Source: a virus (lineage: Duplodnaviria; Caudoviricetes). Taken from it: a stretch of 54,853 bases of DNA. The notes under the pieces were generated by a model, which worked only from the letters and a program-made list of their open reading frames with translations, did not search any database and had not been told where the DNA came from. The stretch spans positions 1 through 54,853 of the IMG/VR virus record IMGVR_UViG_3300027278_000016. One strand, given 5' to 3'. The position numbers were made by a program, and so were the translations under genes. The first letter of the stretch is position 1. Every line of letters begins with the position of its first letter. Positions 47,897-54,853 of this stretch are shown here, piece by piece.

Positions 47897-50407
47897 ATGT
47901 CTGATATATGGATTAAAGCGAGCACAACTGGAACCACCAGATGGAAAAAAGCTATAGCAATACATATTAAAAGATTAAGCGCTACTTGGTCTGCCGCCAA
48001 AGTTATATGGATTAAAAATACAAGCGTCGGCTGGCTAAGAGTATGGCCAACATCTGGAGTATTTGCCATAACAGATCCATATATAACTACAACTGCAAGT
48101 GGATCTACACCAATATATTATGACGGTGTACCAATTAGAATAGGTACAACATATTATGGAAGAAATGGTACCTGGGATGCTAATGGGTTTACCATATCTT
48201 CTTTTACCTATACTTGGCCATATTATTCTGACCCAGCAAATCAACCAGGAGACTACGATTTGCTTGGAAATTTAGGAACTGGAGTATACTCTTCTCCTTC
48301 TAGAGCCTTAACAATAAGTACTTTTTCAGATGCCTCTGCCGTAGATGGCAAGTATATTTCTTTTAAAATAACTGCAAATGCTTCAAATGCTCTTTATAGC
48401 AATACGGCGGACTCAAAAGATACTTATGGAAAAATCAGAGTAATAAGAAGAACTCCTATAAATACAACATTTGTAATAAATGGAACTGCTAGCGTGGGTT
48501 CTACTTTATCTATAGGCTCTGCTTGGAATACAACTGAAGCCTATAAGCCAGATGCTGCTAGAAATACAGTTTATTGGTATAAATCTAGCAGCAATACATC
48601 TATATATAATGGGCAGGGAAGAACTCAAATTACTTCCGCTAATGGATCATACTCTTATGTTGTGCAGCAAGCAGATCTTGGAAGTTATATAATTGCAGAA
48701 GAAACCGCATTTAATACAGGATCAGATTACGATATAGGCGTAGGCTTATTTACTAATGGATTAAATCAGGTAACAGCAGTATCTGCAATTGTGGCAGATA
48801 CCACGCCTCAAGCATTTAATACAATATCATATGTTAAGAATTTTCCATCTAGTAGTGCTGGAGGAGTTGTAAGAACTACGTCCTTGTCCTGGAATGCTTC
48901 AACGAATGCTACTCGATACGAAATTGAATACGAAGGAAGTTATAATAATAGCACTTGGACCACCGTTCAATCATTTGCAGCATCTTCATACACATCTTCA
49001 ACATCTCAGTCTGTTAGTTGGGGTAGCCCAATACCATCAGGAGGATTTGATTATTATACTTACATGAGAGCTCGAGTTAGAGCATCCAATACATCTACCG
49101 CCACAAACGTAATCGGAGATGGTGGATCATACATATATGCAGCAGGCGTTGCCCCAGGGCAGCCGTCATTCGGTACTATTACTTACAATGCTGCTGGAAC
49201 AACAGCGTCAATACCTGTAACAGTTGGATCTGCTGGTAGCAATTATTTATATTCTCCTCCTATTGAATATCAGTATAGAGCATCTAGCGGATCTTATTCT
49301 GGTACGTGGACTTCAAGTGCTACTCCAATATCTTTAACTGGGTTATCTCCCAGCACAACATATTATATTAAAATTAGAACTAGAAACTATGATGAATTAG
49401 TAAGTCCTGAAAACGACACATCCTTTGCTACCCCAGCAGCACCACAATATACTGTAACATGGAACGTAAATTTAAGTGGAGCAACAGTATCACCAGCTTC
49501 AGATACAGTAAATAGTGGAACTACGGTGACGTCCCCAACACCAACTAGAAGTGGATATACTTTTTTATACTGGAGAGATGGAACAACTGTATTTAATTAC
49601 GCAAATCAAATAAATCCAGGTGGTTCGTGGACGGTTACTTACACTACAACTTTTTATGCATGGTGGTCCCTTAATCCAGTAATACCTTCAGGCGGAACAG
49701 TTTCAATAGCTACAAACACTGGAAACTACAACGTTGGAAGCGTCATAACTTACTCAACGTCAGGTTGGGCTGATACACCGACGAGCTACAGTTTAAGACT
49801 CTACAATGGAACTAGCCCTGTGTTAACTAGTGATCCTCTTAGGGCTTCAACGTCTAGCGCCTCTGGCACATACACTATTGTATCAGGCGACGTTCCAAAT
49901 TACTTTAAGGCATTTGCTACCGCGAGCAACTCTGCAGGAACTTCTACCGAGGCAAGCTCTACGCAGGTTGGTCCCGCTGTCGCCACATTTGTAACACCAT
50001 CTTCTGGGCCACCACAAATTAGCAATAATCAACTAGGATTTGTAAGAAGCGGTACCAGCATTACTTGGTACTCTGACTACCCAAGTGTTTCTGGAGATGT
50101 TTCCTATATTATAGGAATGGAATGGCAAATTAGAACTACAAATAGCACAACCACTACGCCATTAAACACTGGAACATATGCTGGAGGAGGCTCTGGCGAC
50201 GGCTTGCAGGGAAATACAACAAAATACATGACCTATCCAGTAAATACACCATACCCTTATTCAGCAGCAGGAACAGTATGGGCATTTAGAATAAGATCAA
50301 CAGAAAATACAGCAGCTACAAGCTCTGCCAGATATGCCAGGGCAAGAGTAATCATGATGGGAACAAATGGCACCGTCTACTTTGGAACTTGGAGCACAAA
50401 CATATAA
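47897..50407 (+). CDS. Multi-domain Ig/FN3 virion adhesin-like protein with a Listeria-Bacteroides-like repeat
   Basis: LSWNASTNATRYEIE and LTGLSPSTTYYIKIR (FN3); YTVTWN...PTPTRSGYTFLYW...TFYAWW. Confidence 0.75.
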   Translation: MSDIWIKASTTGTTRWKKAIAIHIKRLSATWSAAKVIWIKNTSVGWLRVWPTSGVFAITDPYITTTASGSTPIYYDGVPIRIGTTYYGRNGTWDANGFTISSFTYTWPYYSDPANQPGDYDLLGNLGTGVYSSPSRALTISTFSDASAVDGKYISFKITANASNALYSNTADSKDTYGKIRVIRRTPINTTFVINGTASVGSTLSIGSAWNTTEAYKPDAARNTVYWYKSSSNTSIYNGQGRTQITSANGSYSYVVQQADLGSYIIAEETAFNTGSDYDIGVGLFTNGLNQVTAVSAIVADTTPQAFNTISYVKNFPSSSAGGVVRTTSLSWNASTNATRYEIEYEGSYNNSTWTTVQSFAASSYTSSTSQSVSWGSPIPSGGFDYYTYMRARVRASNTSTATNVIGDGGSYIYAAGVAPGQPSFGTITYNAAGTTASIPVTVGSAGSNYLYSPPIEYQYRASSGSYSGTWTSSATPISLTGLSPSTTYYIKIRTRNYDELVSPENDTSFATPAAPQYTVTWNVNLSGATVSPASDTVNSGTTVTSPTPTRSGYTFLYWRDGTTVFNYANQINPGGSWTVTYTTTFYAWWSLNPVIPSGGTVSIATNTGNYNVGSVITYSTSGWADTPTSYSLRLYNGTSPVLTSDPLRASTSSASGTYTIVSGDVPNYFKAFATASNSAGTSTEASSTQVGPAVATFVTPSSGPPQISNNQLGFVRSGTSITWYSDYPSVSGDVSYIIGMEWQIRTTNSTTTTPLNTGTYAGGGSGDGLQGNTTKYMTYPVNTPYPYSAAGTVWAFRIRSTENTAATSSARYARARVIMMGTNGTVYFGTWSTNI

Positions 50408-50568
50408 TGAATAATGAAGAGATTGAGTATAAGAGATATATGGTATCCTCTAGGATAAAGTATTTAAATGGTCTTAGGAATCTAATTTTAGCGGGGGAAT
50501 CAGAGTATAGCCTAGAAGATGTTAACTCTAAGATAAAAGCCTTGACTAATATGCTTGAAATGCTATAA
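50407..50568 (+). CDS. Small hypothetical protein, 53 aa (MNNEEIEYKRY...)
   Basis: Below the ORF-track cutoff; TAATG-coupled start; fills the gap. Confidence 0.55.
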   Translation: MNNEEIEYKRYMVSSRIKYLNGLRNLILAGESEYSLEDVNSKIKALTNMLEML

Positions 50569-50569
50569 T
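50542..50569 (+). promoter_or_regulatory. Promoter TTGACT-16-TATAAT with TG extension
   Basis: Near-consensus; AAGGAGG SD before ATG 50587. Confidence 0.65.
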
Positions 50570-50586
50570 ATGAAAGGAGGAACAAA

Positions 50587-50814
50587 ATGACAACATCACT
50601 AACAAATGCAGAAAAAGCAACAATAGTAAACTCAAGGTTAAAAAATTTAAACTACAATAAGTTTAGTCTTGAAATAGATAAGGTTGTTGAAAATGCTAAA
50701 GCTGATCCAGATGAAGAAGTTCTAGCAAAATATACAGAATTTCTTGCAGATAACGCAATTCAAATTGCGGCTCTAACAACAGAGCTTGCTAAATACCCCG
50801 TAGAAGAGGCATAA
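50587..50814 (+). CDS. Small helical hypothetical protein
   Basis: Strong SD; 75 aa. Confidence 0.75.
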   Translation: MTTSLTNAEKATIVNSRLKNLNYNKFSLEIDKVVENAKADPDEEVLAKYTEFLADNAIQIAALTTELAKYPVEEA

Positions 50815-50815
50815 A

Positions 50816-50989
50816 TTGGCAGACAAAGCAGAATTAATTATAACTGCGTTACAACAGCGCATTGGTGAAATTGTCTCAAACTATGAGACACAGATTGCTA
50901 TATTACGTGCTGAAATAACTCAGCAAATGCAAGAAAAAGAAGACAAAGAAAAAGCAATAAAAGATTACGAAGATTCTTTACCTGCATAA
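50816..50989 (+). CDS. Small coiled-coil protein, 57 aa (MADKAELIITALQQRIGEIVSNYETQIAILRAEIT...)
   Basis: Below the ORF-track cutoff; TTG start after GAGG; fills the gap. Confidence 0.7.
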   Translation: MADKAELIITALQQRIGEIVSNYETQIAILRAEITQQMQEKEDKEKAIKDYEDSLPA

Positions 50990-51001
50990 GGAGAAAATAT
51001 A

Positions 51002-51421
51002 ATGGCATTTAATGATGGAGAACCAATTGACGCAGCCAAACTTGGTGCGCTAGAAACATCTCTTGCGGAAATAAAAGCAAAGGTTCCTCAGTTTGGTTCC
51101 TCTAGTACAACAATTAAAGTTGACAATACAAGCACTTCAAATATTGTTATTCCACAAATTTACGGTGGCATAAGCGATCCAGTAGATATAAAGCCAGGTA
51201 AGACTGCTACATTTACAATCAACTACGCGGGTGCCGATTTAACATCAAGCCCTAAGTCTATTTTATTAACTCCAGTTCGTGAACCAGGAATATCTCATAA
51301 CGAAGCGCATGTTGTAAAAAGCTCAGTTGGCCCAAAATCTGCACAATGTAAGGTGTTTCAGCCAACGGGGTACACCGCAGGGTCTACTAGATTTTATTTC
51401 TTAGTAATTCAGCACTCATAA
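51002..51421 (+). CDS. Hypothetical protein (possibly virion-associated)
   Basis: AAGGAG SD; MAFNDGEPIDAAKL N-terminus. Confidence 0.7.
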   Translation: MAFNDGEPIDAAKLGALETSLAEIKAKVPQFGSSSTTIKVDNTSTSNIVIPQIYGGISDPVDIKPGKTATFTINYAGADLTSSPKSILLTPVREPGISHNEAHVVKSSVGPKSAQCKVFQPTGYTAGSTRFYFLVIQHS

Positions 51422-51423
51422 TA

Positions 51424-51462
51424 TTGACAATATAGTCCTATATGTTACAATTATTGTAACAT
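51424..51462 (+). promoter_or_regulatory. Promoter TTGACA-16-TACAAT overlapped by the perfect palindrome ATGTTACAAT-T-ATTGTAACAT
   Basis: TTGACA 51424-51429, TGTTACAAT 51443-51451, inverted repeat 51442-51462. Confidence 0.7.
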
Positions 51463-51463
51463 C

Positions 51464-51488
51464 AAAGTCACGTACCCGTGACTTTTTT
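51464..51488 (+). terminator. Terminator-like hairpin AAAGTCACG-TACC-CGTGACTTT + T run
   Basis: 9-bp perfect stem ending in a T6 run, at the structural/replication boundary. Confidence 0.7.
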
Positions 51489-51505
51489 ACATATTAAGGT
51501 AGAAA

Positions 51506-52306
51506 ATGAGCAACGATTTAAAGTGGATGTTATCATCCGATCAGCAGTTTCCGTATCAAGATGACAAGATGATTGCACTATGGTTTAAAGTAATGAAATG
51601 GTTTAAGCCAGATGTTGTGGACTACCTTGGAGATACAGACGATCAAGCCTGCTACAGTAAGTACACAGAAGGAAGATCAGCAGAGTTTTTAAATTACCAT
51701 AAGACTGAAAGTGGAGATCTTATTGTTCCAATGATGCGCCATGAGGCAAAAGGTGCAAGAGATTTTTATGCAAAGACAAGAGAGATGCTTCCAGACGCTC
51801 AGCTATTTTCTGCATTAGGTAACCATGACATTAGAGTGTTTAACTATGTAGATGCTAAGCTTCCAGAGTATATTAATGAAGTTACGCCAGAGTCCTTGTG
51901 GAGCCTAGACTCATTAGGATATGAGTATATTTACTATGACTCTTTACCAAAACGTCGCTTCGGTGATGTGCACGTACACCATGGAATTTCTATATCGGCA
52001 ACTGGGTCAGTCAGAAAAGATATGGAAGACTTACAAGTATCTTTAATTAGAGGACACTCACATAGAATTGCTTCACATATGGTAACATATGAATTAAGAA
52101 ACAATGGTGAAGGAGAAACCCTTCGTGGATATGAGATTGGTCACATGTGTGACGAAAAGGGGCCAGGTATGAAGTATACTCAGCACCACGACTGGCAAAA
52201 AGGTTTTGCTATTGCACATATTGTAAATGATTATCCTCACATTCAAATGATTCATGTGTCCACAGACTACTCTTGCGTTGTGGACGGAAAGGTATTTACT
52301 TTATAA
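51506..52306 (+). CDS. Calcineurin-like metallophosphoesterase
   Basis: SD-Q-Q (motif I variant), LGD, GNHD, HHG, GHSH. Confidence 0.85.
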   Translation: MSNDLKWMLSSDQQFPYQDDKMIALWFKVMKWFKPDVVDYLGDTDDQACYSKYTEGRSAEFLNYHKTESGDLIVPMMRHEAKGARDFYAKTREMLPDAQLFSALGNHDIRVFNYVDAKLPEYINEVTPESLWSLDSLGYEYIYYDSLPKRRFGDVHVHHGISISATGSVRKDMEDLQVSLIRGHSHRIASHMVTYELRNNGEGETLRGYEIGHMCDEKGPGMKYTQHHDWQKGFAIAHIVNDYPHIQMIHVSTDYSCVVDGKVFTL

Positions 52307-52491
52307 TGTGGTGTGGCAAATGCGGAGGTAGAGTTTTCGTAGATAGAGTTTTTTCTCAGAAGCTACACATAGAACTATTTTGTATCATGTGCGGTAAAAG
52401 AAATATGGTTAACAAAGAAATGAGTGCTTTTGGAAAATGGTTAGACGCAAAAGAAACGGCAACCTTAAAGAACTACGGTATTTCTTCTTAA
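52306..52491 (+). CDS. Zn-ribbon protein
   Basis: TAATG-coupled ATG 52306; CGKC...CIMCG. Confidence 0.75.
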   Translation: MWCGKCGGRVFVDRVFSQKLHIELFCIMCGKRNMVNKEMSAFGKWLDAKETATLKNYGISS

Positions 52492-52922
52492 ACGATAAGG
52501 TGCATAAGGTAATAAGATCATCCAGATCAAAGGACGAACTTATTGCTTGGTGCTATCCAGATCATAAGAGAGTGCTATACTCTTACTCTCAGGTATATAA
52601 ACATTTAGGTAAAGCCTACAGCATAAAGCAAGTAGGATTACTTTTAAATAAACATAGCGTAACTATCCACGACTATATACTTGAGGGTAAAATAAAAACA
52701 CCATCTAAAATTTATCCAATTAGTAATCCTACAAATGAAAATTGGTCTAAGTATTTATTTAGCGAATCGGACATTCTAGACATTCACCAGTTTATCTTAG
52801 ATGCGGGACACTCAAATAATATGCCATCTCGTGCTGAATTATTGGGGCTTCTCAAACACAACATTATATTGTATACTAAGAGCTCAGAGGGTAAGTTTAT
52901 TCCTGTATGGAAGGCGGAGTAG
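52437..52922 (+). CDS. HTH DNA-binding protein (MerR/excisionase-like HTH)
   Basis: YSIKQVGLLLNKHSVTIHDYILEGKI. Confidence 0.65.
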   Translation: MVRRKRNGNLKELRYFFLNDKVHKVIRSSRSKDELIAWCYPDHKRVLYSYSQVYKHLGKAYSIKQVGLLLNKHSVTIHDYILEGKIKTPSKIYPISNPTNENWSKYLFSESDILDIHQFILDAGHSNNMPSRAELLGLLKHNIILYTKSSEGKFIPVWKAE

Positions 52923-53032
52923 TGGCAAGTACCAGAATTGTAATATGTCCTGATTGCAATAAAGAGCTTGAAGTTCGATCTGACTTTGCACACATAACAT
53001 TATCTAACCATATTAAGAAGGAGCACAAATGA
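52922..53032 (+). CDS. 36-aa C2H2-like zinc-finger peptide (MASTRIVICPDCNKELEVRSDFAHITLSNHIKKEHK)
   Basis: Not in the ORF track. GTG overlaps the upstream TAG and TGA overlaps the downstream ATG; CxxC...HxxxxH. Confidence 0.65.
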   Translation: MASTRIVICPDCNKELEVRSDFAHITLSNHIKKEHK

Positions 53033-53232
53033 CAACGAGAGTTAAAGTAGACCTGTCCTTTACTAGGAACCTAGGTAACTACGAAAGCATTAAGATTGGC
53101 GTAGGAGTTGAAGATGATATTCGTGACGGAGAAAATGTAGACACCGCTACAGAAAGAGTATATAAGTTTGTTGAAGACAAGCTTATTGAGAAGACTCGTG
53201 AGGTAGAAGAAGAGTTAAAGCGTGGCAAATGA
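53029..53232 (+). CDS. Hypothetical phage protein
   Basis: AAGGAG SD; TRNLGNYESIKI motif. Confidence 0.75.
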   Translation: MTTRVKVDLSFTRNLGNYESIKIGVGVEDDIRDGENVDTATERVYKFVEDKLIEKTREVEEELKRGK

Positions 53233-53539
53233 AAAAGAGCCATACGTCCTAATTGGACTATACCTGTCCTTGTATAAAGAGAAATATAATAAAGACCTTA
53301 CTGTTAACAAGTTTAGAGAGAAGTGGGCTATGAATGATGTCATTGAGAGTGTTGGCTTTCAACGTGCTAAAGAGCTTTTAATATATTATTTCTCTACCAA
53401 CAAGACTGGCCACCCATTAAATTTCTTCTACAACAACTTTGACAGAATTGATGCATTGAATAAAGAAATTAAGAAGGATAAGTTTAACCGTAGCATTCTG
53501 CTGAATGAGACTAAGAAGATGGTGGAGGGCGAAGAGTGA
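53222..53539 (+). CDS. Hypothetical protein upstream of the helicase
   Basis: Overlap-coupled 105-aa ORF. Confidence 0.7.
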   Translation: MANEKEPYVLIGLYLSLYKEKYNKDLTVNKFREKWAMNDVIESVGFQRAKELLIYYFSTNKTGHPLNFFYNNFDRIDALNKEIKKDKFNRSILLNETKKMVEGEE

Positions 53540-54804
53540 ATACAGAGGCAACATTAATCTCTGCTGTATGTAAGAATAAAGATATTAGCACATTGCTTGC
53601 GGACAACGTTGATGATTTATTTACATCGCATAGAGATATCTGGGAAAGCCTAAAGTCATACTACTATAAGTTTAAAGCCGTTCCAGAAGCAGGCGTACTC
53701 ATGGAACGACACAAAGACTTTGAGCCAGTTGAGGCTAAAGCAGAGACTGGATATTACCTAGACATTCTAAAGAATGAATTTATCTCAAACAAACTTAAAA
53801 CAATTATTATGCGTGGTGGATCTGCACTTAAAGAAGATGCAGCATCTAGAGTTCTTGCACAAATGCAAAGTGACCTTGCTGGCTTAAGCCGTTACACAAA
53901 CAACGTAAGAGATTTAGATATTGTTGATGTTGAAAATGCAGCACGACATTATCAGTCAGTTAAAGACCGCTCATCTGTAATGGGTGGAGCACCAGGAATC
54001 CTAACTGGGTTTGATGCAATTGATAAGGCTTACCCAACTGGAATGGCACCAGGACATTTAATTGTTGCTATTGGTTGGCCAGGAAAAGGAAAGACTTGGT
54101 TTACTGCTTACCTTGCATGCAAAGCATGGGAGCAAGGGTTTAAGCCAATGATTGTATCCCTTGAAATGTCTCCAGAGAATATGCGTGACCGTATCTTTAC
54201 TATGCTTGGCTCAGGTATATTCCGTGCAAGCGATTTGTCAAAGGGTGATATTAACATTGATGATTTTCGTAACTGGGGAAACAAGAAGTTTGAGGGAAAG
54301 AATAGCTTTGTTCTTATTTCAAATGAAGGTGCATCAGAGGTTACTCCTGCAACCATTCAAGGTAAGATAGATCAGCACAAGCCAGACTTGGTTATCTTAG
54401 ATTACCACCAGCTATTCAATGACAACAAGCGTTCTAACTCTGAAGTAGAAAGAAATAGAAACGTTTCTCGTGAGTTTAAGATGCTTGCAGTATCTAACAA
54501 CATTCCTATTATTGATATTACCGCTGCTACAGCAGACGATATCTCTGATCAAGATAATCCGCCAATGATGAGTCAAGTGGCTTGGTCAAAAGCAATTGAG
54601 TATGATGCTGATATGGCTTTAGCCGTTCACAGATACCCACAAACTAATATGATTGAGATTGTCTCTCGCAAGAATAGACACGGTCATGATTTTAATTTCT
54701 ATCTAGACTGGGATATCAACCGTGGTATCGTCAAGGAAATTTACGAGAATCCATTCCAAAAAGATGAACCACAAACAGATAAAAAGATTTCAAGTAAGGG
54801 TTGA
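53536..54804 (+). CDS. dnaB: DnaB-like (SF4) replicative helicase
   Basis: Walker A GWPGKGKT, SLEM, Walker B ILDY, IEYDAD, KNRHG. Confidence 0.93.
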   Translation: MNTEATLISAVCKNKDISTLLADNVDDLFTSHRDIWESLKSYYYKFKAVPEAGVLMERHKDFEPVEAKAETGYYLDILKNEFISNKLKTIIMRGGSALKEDAASRVLAQMQSDLAGLSRYTNNVRDLDIVDVENAARHYQSVKDRSSVMGGAPGILTGFDAIDKAYPTGMAPGHLIVAIGWPGKGKTWFTAYLACKAWEQGFKPMIVSLEMSPENMRDRIFTMLGSGIFRASDLSKGDINIDDFRNWGNKKFEGKNSFVLISNEGASEVTPATIQGKIDQHKPDLVILDYHQLFNDNKRSNSEVERNRNVSREFKMLAVSNNIPIIDITAATADDISDQDNPPMMSQVAWSKAIEYDADMALAVHRYPQTNMIEIVSRKNRHGHDFNFYLDWDINRGIVKEIYENPFQKDEPQTDKKISSKG

Positions 54805-54853
54805 GTTTGCTGACGACTCTGGTATACCTAGATTAAAATACCAGTACGAAAGC
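54764..54853 (+). CDS. 5' part of a hypothetical protein (MNHKQIKRFQVRVEFADDSGIPRLKYQYES...), 3'-truncated
   Basis: ATG 54764 overlaps the helicase end; open to the window edge. Confidence 0.55.
   Translation, partial: MNHKQIKRFQVRVEFADDSGIPRLKYQYES

Noticed and set aside
1-54853. tRNA/rRNA genes, integrase, transposase, introns/inteins, alternative genetic code
   Set aside because: Intergenic gaps are short with no cloverleaf seen. Portal, capsid and helicase are uninterrupted and of normal size, and genes tile densely under the standard code.

Overview
This is a 54.9-kb fragment of a large, AT-rich tailed dsDNA phage with a siphovirus-like layout; all credible genes are on the + strand. 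(1) 1-4.7 kb: the 3' end of a gene encoding (PIIAVTP)n repeats capped by a 6-Cys C-C-CC-C-C mini-domain. It is followed by a promoter and an operon of two small paralogous proteins, a Cys-rich DUF6171-like protein, three 2OG-Fe(II) oxygenases, a DUF6065-like protein and two JmjC/cupin oxygenases. (2) 4.7-23.7 kb: a ~19-kb fibre/appendage block upstream of the portal. It includes repeat fibres, duplicated anchor/Gly-rich/chaperone cassettes, LamG-like proteins, and a GPT-type collagen fibre ending in a cupredoxin-like H/C/H/M domain next to a GT2-TPR glycosyltransferase. (3) 23.7-51.4 kb: HK97-type morphogenesis genes: portal, protease with nested scaffold, capsid, connectors, tail tube, tail chaperone with a C CCA AAC -1 frameshift, 2131-aa tape measure, and tail tip/fibres. 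(4) 51.4 kb to the end: a promoter overlapped by a perfect palindrome and followed by a terminator-like hairpin, then metallophosphoesterase, Zn-ribbon, HTH, a small C2H2-like protein and a DnaB-like helicase. Several extended -10 promoters sit 5-8 nt upstream of SD-less ATGs (leaderless pattern), suggesting an actinobacterial host (inference). The best candidate for an undescribed system is a phage-encoded protein/peptide tailoring system: an oxygenase array behind a repeat/cystine-knot-like substrate, plus collagen-fibre glycosylation. Family calls come from motif recognition by eye, not database searches. No terminase, lysis genes, tRNAs or CRISPR arrays were recognised.
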